Below are positions 17,146 through 27,468 of a stretch of DNA of 64,000 nucleotides, one piece after another; position 1 is the first letter of the stretch; each line of letters starts with the position of its first letter. Under the pieces are notes generated by a model, which did not search any database, had not been told where the DNA came from, and worked only from the letters and a program-made list of their open reading frames with translations. Origin of the DNA: an uncultured virus (IMG/VR IMGVR_UViG_3300019378_000034) (taxonomy: Duplodnaviria; Heunggongvirae; Uroviricota; Caudoviricetes); IMG/VR virus record IMGVR_UViG_3300019378_000034; one strand, given 5' to 3'. A program made the translations under genes and the position numbers.

Positions 17146-18651
17146 ATGAGCGATACTAATAACATGGAACGACTTCATAACTTTGACCTCGCTTCTTTCC
17201 GGAAAGCTCAGGATGCTATGATTGCGACCAGCGCTAACTCCTATGGTAGTTATCGTGGTCACGAATATCGCGATAGAGTCCGAGACTACACAGAAGAAGA
17301 AGTAAAGAAAATAATTGAGAGTGGTTCGCTGTTTGCGCAGCAAGCTTTATCTCGTAATTATTTCAAAAAAGATGGTTTTTATAAATAGTTGATTCTACAT
17401 TATGCAACCTTGCTAAAATACATTGGAATTTTAATTCCTAATCCAACACCGGGTAAGAGTCTCTCCACATCTCATATCTCAAAAAGATATTTTCAAGCGT
17501 TGGATTTTGTAGATAAGATGAATTTACAAACTGTCTTAGTTGATTGGGCTTAGAAGATATTGGTTAATGGATGTTACTATGGCATCTTGGTCAATAATGA
17601 TAAGCTGAACTTCTGCGTCTTAGACTTGCCCGTCGCTTACTGTACAACCAGATTTAAAGATTATGCTGGCAATGATATTATTGAATTTGATGTTTCTTAT
17701 TTCAATAGTTTAGACAAAGACTCGAAGAAAGCAGCGCTAGCTGCTTATCCCGACTTTATTGTCAAAGCCTATCGCCGCTGGAATGTTGGCAAGTTGAAAT
17801 CAAAATGGGTGGTTATTCCTTCTGATATTGGAATTTGCTTCCCTATGTTTGATGGTTGCCCATTCTTCATTCATGTTATTCCTTCTATAATTAAATATGG
17901 TGAAACAGTAGAAACTGAGCAGGAAAGAGACAAAGAGGAAATCAGAAAAGTTATAGTTCAAAAGATACCTCATTTAACTGATGGCCGCTTGCTATTTGAA
18001 CCAGATGAGGCTGTTGAAATTCACAATGGCGCAGTTGGTATGGTAAGAAATAATAAGAATACCAGTGTGTTAACTACTTATGCTGATGTGGATGCAATAG
18101 TGTCTAAAGCTTCTTCAGAAAATAGTGGCACTGTGTTAGAAAAAATGCAACAAAACATTTACAGTTAGGCTGGAATCAGCAGCGAGATATTCGCAGCTAC
18201 GGGCGGCAACACGACCGAAACGTCATTGAACTTCGACACTGCTGTAATGATGAATTTGGCAAATAAGTTTGCTAAGTTTGTAACTAATATAGTAAATGTT
18301 GAGTTTGCGAACTCTAATATCAATTTCAAATATACCATCTTACCAATTACCCACCATAATGAAACCAAGTATATTGATAATAGCTATAAGTTAGCAACTG
18401 CTGGCTATAGTTTAATTGTCCCAGCTCTCGCGCAAGGGCTTACTCAGCGCGACTTGGTAAATGTTAAGGATTTGGAGAATGATGTTTTGAAGTTAACCGA
18501 GAAACTAATTCCTCCTATTACTGCTTTTACACAAGATGGTGAAAGTGGAGGTAATGGGCGCCCCACCAAAGAAACTGGTGAGAAAAAGGATAAGACCCTT
18601 GAGAACGAAAAGTCTATAGAAAAGTCAAAAACGCAAGGAGGCTCTGAATAA
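17146..18651 (+). CDS. portal protein (TAG=Gln, 501 aa)
   Basis: Three same-frame fragments joined at TAGs; position after terL; C-terminal GRP motif. Confidence 0.75.
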
Positions 18652-20102
18652 TGTTTGATGAAAACATTGGTTTAGAATTTCCCGTAACTGTTTATGGCAA
18701 TTTAGAAAAATATAATGAGACCATTTCTAAAGGACGTTGCCGCATTTTTTATAAGTACGGCAACCGAAATGGTACTTATATAACCGATGAGTTTGCAGAA
18801 AAATTGCTTTCAACCGTTCCTTATGCGCCCGTTAAGGGTATTTATGAGGGAGATGAGGGTGATTACACCGACCATGGTAAAGCTCGCAGTCAAGGTAGAA
18901 TTTATGGTATTGTTCCAGAAAATCCTAACCTCAGCTGGGAGGACCATGAAGATGAAGATGGCGTTGTAAGAACTTATGCTTGCGTCGACGTTTTGATTTT
19001 CACTGGTTTATATACCGAGGCTAATGCAATCGTTGGCAAATCTCAATCTATGGAAATTTATCCTCCATCTATTAAGGGTGCTTGGAAAATTATCAATGGT
19101 AAAAAATATTATGTTTTTGAGGAAGGTCATTTTTTAGGACTTTAGGTTCTGGGTGATGCAGTTGAACCTTGCTTTGAAGGCGCTGCTTTCTTCGCCTTGT
19201 ATCAAGACCTAAAGAGAATGGTTGACCAAATTCAAGAATACAATCTAAATGGACATAACGGAGGGAATACTAAGATGCTTAATTATAAGTTATCTGATAA
19301 CGCCAAGTTTAATGCTCTGTGGAGTCTGCTAAACGTCAACTACACTGAAGCTAATAATTGGCTGATTGAATATGATATTTGCGAAATCTATGATGACTAT
19401 GCAGTCGTGAGAAATTATTCCGAAGGTTGCTTCGAGAGAGTTTATTACACTAAGAACGACGAAACTGATTCAGTAGAGTTGGGAGAGCGCGTTCGCTGCT
19501 ACATTATGGATGTAAGCGAAGCTGAAAAGAATGCTCTAGATGCTCTTCATGCTATGAACGAAGGCACCTACGAGAAGGTAGATGAAAACTACCAGGCCGC
19601 TAAGGATGCTGCTGAAACTGCCGCTAATGACTTGGCTGCTAAGGTTGAAGAGTACAACGTCCTATCTGGAACTGTTGAAACTCTAACAACTGAAAAATCA
19701 AATTTTGAAACCAAAATTGGAGAGTTGGAAGAAAGCATCTCCACTTTAACTACAGAGAGAAATGATGCGCAGACTCAGCTAGATGCTGCTAATAACACTA
19801 TTACCACTCTGACTGAGGAAAATGCTTCTTTGAATTCTTTCAAAACAGAGATTGAAAAAGAGCAAAAGCAGGCTGTCATTAGTAAGTATAGTGAACTGTT
19901 GGATGAAGATGTGTTGAACACTTATTCTGAAAATCTAGACAACTACACCGCTAAGGACTTGGATAAGGAACTGGCTTATGAGCTTGTTACTGCAAATCAA
20001 TCTGTATTTACTAATGGCAGCAAGGGCCAGGCATACATTCCTAAGGAAGAGCCTGCCATGAGCGGCCTAGAAGAAATTCTATCTAAGTATAAGAAGAACT
20101 AA
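18651..20102 (+). CDS. prohead protease-scaffold fusion (one TAG=Gln, 483 aa)
   Basis: His (DHG), QSMEI and FLGL*VLGDAVEPCFEGA protease motifs, then an acidic coiled coil. Confidence 0.75.
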
Positions 20103-20116
20103 TTGGAGGTTTTACA

Positions 20117-20695
20117 ATGGCTCTAAAGAGATTTATTATCGATGGATTCGGCCAGCTGGAATTGAACCAGGTTGCCTTCCCTCGTGATGGTCGTATCGAA
20201 GCACAGTGTGCTTTGGGCGAAGATTTCGCAGAAGTACCCGCTGAGAACGGTATGCTTCTAGCTGTTGACAATATCAATCGTATTGTCAAGTTCCCTGTTG
20301 CCGGTGAAAAGTTCCCTATTGCTTTGAACTACAGCACCGAGCATATGTATGATGAAAGATACCAGTCTTTGAAGAACTTCAACATCAAGAAGGACGAAAA
20401 GTTTGGTTATTTCTATCCCCGTATGGGTTATCTATCTGTACAGGATAAGTTCACCACCAACTGCCTATGCTTCGACACCGACGAGTTCGCTGATGAAGAG
20501 GCACTGATGGAAGCTTATAAGCCTGAGAATTTGAAGGCTGCTCCTCTGTATGGTGGTATCTCCGAAATGGGCGCTATCAAGGTTTCTAAGACTGCTCCTA
20601 CTGAGGGTCCTGTTCTGATGGCTGCTCTAGGCACTGGCGCCGGCTCTATGCCTGATGGTCAGTTCGCTATCAAGTTCCATGTTGTTGCAGACTAA
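20117..20695 (+). CDS. head decoration/cement-like structural protein
   Basis: Between scaffold and MCP; AENGMLL motif; strongly biased codons; TAG-free. Confidence 0.6.
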   Translation: MALKRFIIDGFGQLELNQVAFPRDGRIEAQCALGEDFAEVPAENGMLLAVDNINRIVKFPVAGEKFPIALNYSTEHMYDERYQSLKNFNIKKDEKFGYFYPRMGYLSVQDKFTTNCLCFDTDEFADEEALMEAYKPENLKAAPLYGGISEMGAIKVSKTAPTEGPVLMAALGTGAGSMPDGQFAIKFHVVAD

Positions 20696-20713
20696 TCAAG
20701 GAGGTATTGTGTA

Positions 20714-21766
20714 ATGGCTACTATTAAAGAACTAAAAGAGTTGGCTCTGCACGCTGTCCGTGGTACTGCTCCTGCTAACTACACTGCTGAGACCGTTGAT
20801 GAGGCTCTGCGCGGCGAACTAGCTGCTATGTGTGATTCCATCAACAACTTCCAGCGCAATAAATATGATATTTTTGAAATTTTGATTACCGCTGCTGATG
20901 AAGTCGTTCCTAAGAAGGCTTTTGAGGTTATGGGTATGTTTGCTGAGATCAAGAACGTTCCTCAGGGTCAGAAGGCTCTGTTCCGTGTAAAGGGTCTAGG
21001 CAAGGACCGTGCAAAGAAGTTCCTAACTCGCGTTGGTCTATCTGGTCTTTACGAGACCTTCCGTCTAGATAACGAGACCTTCGAACTAGGCGCATACGCA
21101 ATTGGTGGAGCTGCTAGAATTGACTTCGAGCGTTTCCTAGATGGCGCTGATAACATGGCTGACCTGATGGAAATCGTTACCGAAGGTTTGACCGACGCTG
21201 TATTCGGTGAAGTTCAGAAGGCTTTGATTGCTGCTAAGGATGCTGTTGGTCGTCCTGATGCTAACAAGGTTATTTCCGATAAATTCGAGAGCGACAAGAT
21301 GTTCAAGCTGGTAAGTGTAGTTAAGGCTTACGGTGGTGCTGCTGTTATCTTCGCTCCTCCTGAGTTCGTTGGTGAAATGGGTCCCGATGCTATAGTTCCT
21401 GTTAGTGTTGCTGGCCAGCAGGCTGTTTACCATCCTAACGACATTGAGGCTATCTATAGAACTGGTTATGTGAATGTCTTCCGTGGCACTCCTATCGTTC
21501 AGATTCCTCAGTCCTTCATTGACCAGAAGAACGACAGAACTTGGATTAATCCTCAGTTTGCTTACGTTCTACCTGCTGGTAAAGAGAAGGTTGTTAAGAT
21601 TGTCTTCGAAGGCGCTACTCAGATGTGGGATTTCATCAACCGTGACCAGTCTATCGAAATCCACACCTACAAGAAGATGGGTGCTGCTATCATGACCCAC
21701 CACAATTGGGGTATCTATCAGAATACCAGCATTCCTGACACTTCCGATTTCCCCTACGGTATCTAA
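20714..21766 (+). CDS. major capsid protein
   Basis: 350 aa, AAGGAGG RBS, highly biased codon usage, synteny, followed by a terminator. Confidence 0.8.
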   Translation: MATIKELKELALHAVRGTAPANYTAETVDEALRGELAAMCDSINNFQRNKYDIFEILITAADEVVPKKAFEVMGMFAEIKNVPQGQKALFRVKGLGKDRAKKFLTRVGLSGLYETFRLDNETFELGAYAIGGAARIDFERFLDGADNMADLMEIVTEGLTDAVFGEVQKALIAAKDAVGRPDANKVISDKFESDKMFKLVSVVKAYGGAAVIFAPPEFVGEMGPDAIVPVSVAGQQAVYHPNDIEAIYRTGYVNVFRGTPIVQIPQSFIDQKNDRTWINPQFAYVLPAGKEKVVKIVFEGATQMWDFINRDQSIEIHTYKKMGAAIMTHHNWGIYQNTSIPDTSDFPYGI

Positions 21767-21774
21767 GTTTTTTC

Positions 21775-21800
21775 AAGGGGTGAGTTTACTCACCCCTTTT
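21775..21800 (+). terminator. intrinsic terminator
   Basis: AAGGGGTGAG-TTTA-CTCACCCCTT plus T tract. Confidence 0.85.
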
Positions 21801-21832
21801 ATTTTAATTTGAGTTAAAAGGAGAGTTCTATA

Positions 21833-22297
21833 ATGAATGATAAAGTAATGGTTACAAGTATGGTCGGTGGCACTGTTAGCGCTTCTTCTCTGGAGCACAG
21901 AGTTTGGAATAAGAAGGGTCAGAAGTTACCTGTAAGTAAAGATGTTCTGCGCGAAGCTATTTACGAGCCTGGCGTAGAATATATGTTTAAGAATGGTATT
22001 CTATATATTGATGATATGGAGTTCAAGATTGAACTTGGCTTGGAAGCACCTGGTACTGAAACTCCCACTGAAGTTTTACCTGTTGATGACAAGTATTTAA
22101 ATCGTGTCTTGAAGTTAATGCCAGTATCTGAAATGAAGGCCTCTATCGATAAAATGAGTATTGTTCAGAAGCAAGAATTAGTTGATTATGCTTCCAAGCA
22201 GAATGACATCTAGCTAGACCGTCTAGCTATTGTTTCTGAAAAATGTGGTGTTGATGTTTTAAAAACTATTGAATTGAACAGACAGAAGGAGGTATAA
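21833..22297 (+). CDS. virion-associated hypothetical protein (TAG=Gln)
   Basis: Read through TAG 22211 to TAA 22297, abutting the next RBS and ATG. Confidence 0.7.
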
Positions 22298-22298
22298 T

Positions 22299-22727
22299 AT
22301 GACTCCTTTTAGTAAGGTTTATGATGCTTTCTTGTCAAGAATCCTTGAGGATGAGTGGTAGCATTGGATGATGGAAGAAGCCAAACAAGATTGGTTTCAA
22401 ATTATGACCAACGCTTTATCTTGGTTTAAATTTCCAAGAGTTTCTTTAGAATACGATGAAGAAGGTTTTGTAGACGATTTAAACAATGAAGAAATCCAAA
22501 TTATAGCTGATTTTATGAAGTGTGAATGGTTGAATCGCTGTATCATGACCTGGGAAAATGTTAAGCCCTTATATGAAGAAAGAGACTTTTCTTAGGCTAA
22601 TTTGCTTGATAAATTAAATAGTCTTTATAAGGCTCAAGAGGAGAAAGCGCGTTGGCGCGAAGCGACTTATTATCGCTCTAGAAAGGGTAAACCTTTCGAT
22701 TTCTCTAAGTTGGCAGGTGGTAATTAA
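22299..22727 (+). CDS. putative head-tail adaptor (TAG=Gln)
   Basis: MTPFSKVYDAFL...DFS*ANLL; TAATG coupling; synteny. Confidence 0.6.
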
Positions 22728-22981
22728 TGGATAAGCAGATTAAAGAGGCTTATAACAACAAACTAAAAAGCAAACTATTCGGTTTGCTCTGTGAGAGAGA
22801 GAAGGGGCGCGATTGGGAGAAATTTCTCGATTCAATCTTGATTGAACTTATGGGATATAGCGAAGAAGAAAAGACCATCAACTACTACACTTTATATCAC
22901 AAGTTATCTACTTTGAAATATTTAAGATACGAATATTTCAGAGGAGTTATTTTTGATTGTATGGATTTGATTTCAAAATGA
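22727..22981 (+). CDS. hypothetical protein
   Basis: Coupled at both ends. Confidence 0.65.
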   Translation: MDKQIKEAYNNKLKSKLFGLLCEREKGRDWEKFLDSILIELMGYSEEEKTINYYTLYHKLSTLKYLRYEYFRGVIFDCMDLISK

Positions 22982-23703
22982 ATTATTTTGAAGATGTTTA
23001 TTTAAAGCGTTTAAATCGTTATGGATATGATTACCAAAGTCGTGTTCAAGCATAGCGCGAGTAGGTTTTTGAAGGCTTGTTATTAAAGAGCATTTATAGA
23101 GTGGATTTTGTTTATGATAATGAAATGCATCCTGGCCTATTAGAAAGATACAAGCAAGATGAAACTGAAACTATGCAATATTTGCTCACTAGAGTGGGCC
23201 TTAATATGCCTAGCGGGACTGTATTAATGATTCCCGATAAAGATATGAAAGAATAGCCTTGGCTTGTTTATTGGTTGGAATCCATTAAAGCTAGTGGATA
23301 TAATCGATATATCGTTTTAAAAATGACACATTTTATTACTTGGCGCGATCGTAGTGATATCGAGCGTTCTACTTGGTGTTATCTATATGGCCAAGAAGAT
23401 AATATGTTAAAAGACGAAATCAGGTCAAGAAGTCGCTCTGACGTTATCTATGCTGAAAATTTAAAATCTAGTTTCTTTGTATGTCCTACGAATGAATTTA
23501 TTCGTAAAGATGATTATATGGAAATTGGAGTTGGTACATTAAAAGAAGCTTATCGAGTAACAGGCTATGATATTATTTCAACTCCTGGAATTGAATATGT
23601 CACTGTAGACCCTGCTTATTTGAGAGACCACTCTGAGCCACCAATATAGAAAGAAGGAGACGACCCGGCTGCATTCTTCTGGTTAAATGGAGGCGTTGAA
23701 TAA
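22978..23703 (+). CDS. putative head-closure/neck protein (TAG=Gln)
   Basis: ATGA and TAATG overlaps once TAG is read through; synteny. Confidence 0.6.
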
Positions 23704-24194
23704 TGGGCGTTAGAAATTGTCGAGAAATAGGTGAAAACTTATAGAAAATAGTCCAGCGACTTATGGCCAATGATAGATTAGTAAATTTATTATACTATAC
23801 CGACAAAGACCCTCTAAGTCAGCCACATTTAACTTAGGAGCAGAAAAAAGAACTAATCTTTGAAAAATTGATAAAACTGACTCCAAGAATTGGTCCAAAG
23901 GAAGATGCAAAATCCATTATAGTGATTAAAGCAGTTAGGGCTAACAAATTAAATAGTAATACTGAATTTAAGGACGTAAAGATTCAAGTTGAGGTAATAG
24001 TGCCGTTAACTCAGTGGTTTATTAAAGATGTTAATTTGCGCCCATATCTTATTTTAGGTGAAATAGAAGAATCATTAAATGGAAAAACAGTAAATGGTTT
24101 AGGAAAAATGACTGGCGGAGATTTTGATACAAACTTTTTTACTGATGAAGTAAGCGATTTCGAACAAACCTTTTGGATAACTTCTTATGAGTAA
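23703..24194 (+). CDS. putative tail terminator/completion protein (TAG=Gln)
   Basis: In-frame read-through; synteny. Confidence 0.55.
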
Positions 24195-24936
24195 AGAATT
24201 ATTTTTTATTGGCGCGCCGGTCCAATTCAAAACTGGTGTTTAGATATATCCGCCAACATTGAAAGAAGTTATAACAAACTAGGGATATGGAAATTATTTA
24301 AGAGTATTGACTTACTCTCAAGAAGAAATAGAAGATATTTTTGTTAAAGAGAAAAAGGATTTGTCTAGCTTTCCAACTCCAATTGAGTTTTTATTGAATA
24401 ATTGTTACCATAATGCAGATTATGAAAGAATTTGCAAAGAAGCTTTTAAGTTTTTCTTAAAAACAGATGTTGACTTTTTGTATGATAAAAAACTTATTTT
24501 AATTGGTAAGATAGAAGATGTTCTTAAAAACATTCGATCCTTAAATGACTTAGTTGTAATATCCGAAGCTGAGTTCTTTGATTTTTAGAATCTAATTCGT
24601 TTAGCTACTGATTAGAAACCAGTTGAGCCGCCTAATCCGAATGAACATCCTAGAATTAAAGCAATGAAAGCTAAAGCTCGTTACAGAGATAAGATTAAAG
24701 CTAAACAAGCAGCTAAAACTGGAATTACACTTTTTAGTACAATGGCTTCAATTTGCTGTATGGGCATTGGATTGACTCCACTTAATATCGGAGAGATAAG
24801 TTATGTGTCCATGTAGGCTATTTTGAATCAATATCAGACTAAAGAAAAGTATGAGATTGATATTGATAGTTTACTTGCTGGCGCAGACTCAAAAAAGATT
24901 AAACCCAAATATTGGATTAGAAATTTGGAAGAATAA
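24187..24936 (+). CDS. tail-region hypothetical protein (TAG=Gln)
   Basis: Read-through to TAA 24936, just before the tail tube RBS. Confidence 0.6.
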
Positions 24937-24952
24937 AATAGGAGGCTTTTAA

Positions 24953-25813
24953 ATGGCTAATATTCTTGATAGATATGGCATTAAGGAAGTTGCTGACGTA
25001 ACCTTCTACGAGCTAAGCAACACTGGTATGCCTACTCATCCAGTTCTATACCTGGATACCTTGAAAGTTTCTACCATTGAGCAGACTGCTGAAGAAGCCG
25101 AAGCTCGCGGTGGTAAGGGTAACGCTGCTCTAATCGCTTGGGACTACGGTAAGGAAATCAACGTCACTCTGGAAGACGCTCTGTTCTCTGCTAAGTCCAT
25201 GGCTATTATGTTCGGTAATGGTACTGTTAAGGATTTTGATTCTAGCAAAAATACTGAAACCGACGCTAATGCTGACTTCATTATGAAAACTATTCAGATT
25301 GTTCCTACTGAGAAGGGTAAGGACCCTAACGCTGATGCAGATGGTAAGTCTTGGTGGATTGGTCCTGACGGCAAGAAGTATGAAATGCTAAATGCAAAGT
25401 ATTATGATGCAAAGGGCACTGCTATTGCAGCAACTGCAATGGAAGTTGGTCAGAGATATCTATGCACTTTTGACTTGAAGGCTACTGGTGCAGTTATCGA
25501 AGTTTCTGGTAACAGTTTCCCTGGCACCTATTATGTTGTTGGTGATACTTTCGCTCGTTCCGAAGCTTCTGGTAACGACGAAATGTTCCAGTTCATCATT
25601 CCTAAGGCTAAGGTTACTTCTGAGAATACTATCACTCTAGAGGCTGAAGGCGATCCTTCTGTCTTTAATATGAGTTTGAAGGTTTTGCGTCCTGCTGACG
25701 GTATTATGATGAAGCTGATTAAGTATGAGCTAAGTGGTGGCGATGATGTTGCTACTGATGCAGCTGCTAAGTTGGTTCACAACCACGTTTTGACTGAAGT
25801 AGCTGCTGGCTAA
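24953..25813 (+). CDS. major tail (tube) protein
   Basis: TAG-free, biased codons, YGIKEVADVTFY...ITLEAEGDPSVF; followed by a terminator. Confidence 0.75.
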   Translation: MANILDRYGIKEVADVTFYELSNTGMPTHPVLYLDTLKVSTIEQTAEEAEARGGKGNAALIAWDYGKEINVTLEDALFSAKSMAIMFGNGTVKDFDSSKNTETDANADFIMKTIQIVPTEKGKDPNADADGKSWWIGPDGKKYEMLNAKYYDAKGTAIAATAMEVGQRYLCTFDLKATGAVIEVSGNSFPGTYYVVGDTFARSEASGNDEMFQFIIPKAKVTSENTITLEAEGDPSVFNMSLKVLRPADGIMMKLIKYELSGGDDVATDAAAKLVHNHVLTEVAAG

Positions 25814-25830
25814 TAAGTAAATAAGAATTT

Positions 25831-25859
25831 AGGAGGATGGCAGGTGTCATCCTCCTTTT
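25831..25859 (+). terminator. intrinsic terminator
   Basis: AGGAGGATG/CATCCTCCT hairpin plus T tract. Confidence 0.8.
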
Positions 25860-25935
25860 CTTTTTAAGGAGAAATTTGGTATGAAAGTTTTATATTTATA
25901 ATTTATTCTTTTTACTTAAATATAGAGGTGAGAGA

Positions 25936-26613
25936 ATGATTGGTTTTATTTATAAATACACAAGTCCTAGTGGGAAATCATATATAGGACAAACAATAAA
26001 AACGGTTGAACAAAGAGCTAAATATACTGGAGAAGGATATAAAAAATGCCCAGTTTTTTATCAAGCAATTTTAAAATATGGTTTTGAAAATTTTACTTGT
26101 GAAATTTTAGAGTAGATAGAGGCACAAACTAAACAAGAACTAAAAGAAAAATTAAATATATTAGAGCAAAAATATATAATTCAATATAGAACCTTGGCGC
26201 CATTAGGTTATAACATTCGCTCGGGTGGAGAATCAGATTCTTGTTTTTCTAAAGAATCTAAGGTATGCGCTACGGGTTCTTAGCATTTTAATTGGCGTTC
26301 TGATTTAGACGAAGAAAAAATACGTCAATTATATGAATCTGGTTTAACTTTAAAGAATATTTCTGAATATACTGGTATATCAAAAGGAACAATTAAGCGT
26401 CATATATAGGATATGGGCATTTTAAAAGAAAAAAAATATAATCAACCAGTAGTAAAAATAGATAAAAATGGTAATATTTTAAAGAGGTGGGAATCAGCTT
26501 CTGAGGCAGAACGCGATGAAGGCAAAGGTAAAAATTCTATCGGAAGATGCTGCCGAGAACGGAGACGCCCATATAAAGGTATTACTTATCGTTTTGAAGG
26601 AGAGAGTTTGTAA
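25936..26613 (+). CDS. GIY-YIG homing endonuclease with HTH/NUMOD1-like tail (TAG=Gln, 225 aa)
   Basis: GFIYKYT...SYIGQT, LGYN, WESASEAER...IGRCC motifs. Confidence 0.85.
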
Positions 26614-27407
26614 TGGATAATAATGAGTTTGGCTTAAAAGAGTTGACTGACATCACCTTAAAAGCTACTTATCCTATAGAAATGGCTGGTCGAAAATTCG
26701 AGCCAGGTGAGGTTGTGGCGCGATTTGATAAAATTCAAATTGCTAACTTCAAAGAAATTACTTCAAGAGTTAGCGCCAATGGTGGTTATGATAATCGCGC
26801 TCATGTGATTTGGGAGGACCCAAAAGAAATTCAATTAAATTTTACCCAAGGAATTTTTTCTGCTCGTTAGTTTGCACTATTGTGCAATTCGCGCCTTGTA
26901 TATTAGCATCCAGAAGAATGTATATTAGTACCAGTTCATTTTAAAGGTGAAACTAATGAACATGGTTTAATTGAAGTGGGTAAGACTAACATTTCAAATG
27001 TTTTTGTATATGATGCAAAAACTTTTGAGAGAATTATTCCAACAGCAATTGATTTGGAAAAAGGCAAAATTATGGTTGAGCGACCTTTCACAGATATAGA
27101 AGTTGATTTTGATTATTGTTATCAAAATGGAGGAACTTCTTGTTATCTTGGCCGCAAACTGATTGAGGGTTATCTTCAACTTGAAGGTAAATCAAGAGTA
27201 AAAGATGATATAACTGGTAAAACTCGCACTGCGATTTTACGAATCCCACGATTAAAGTTAGTATCTGATTTAACAATGCGTCTAGGACGTGAGGCTACTC
27301 CGGTATTGGCGAATTTCAATGCCATTGGTTTACCTGTGGGTGGAAAAGGAAGCAAAAAGATTATGGAATTGCTTTTTCTAAACGATGATATAGATGCAGA
27401 TATGTAA
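26613..27407 (+). CDS. second tail-tube-like protein (TAG=Gln)
   Basis: FGLKELTDITLK and ANGGYDN...WE..KEI mirror YGIKEVADVTFY and ARGGKGN...WDYGKEI of 24953. Confidence 0.6.
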
Positions 27408-27411
27408 GTAA

Positions 27412-27448
27412 GTCAGTATTAGCTCTTGTGGGCTAATACTGATTTTTT
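27412..27448 (+). terminator. intrinsic terminator
   Basis: TCAGTATTAGC/GCTAATACTGA hairpin plus TTTTTT. Confidence 0.8.
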
Positions 27449-27468
27449 GTTTATGTGAGGTGTAGTGA

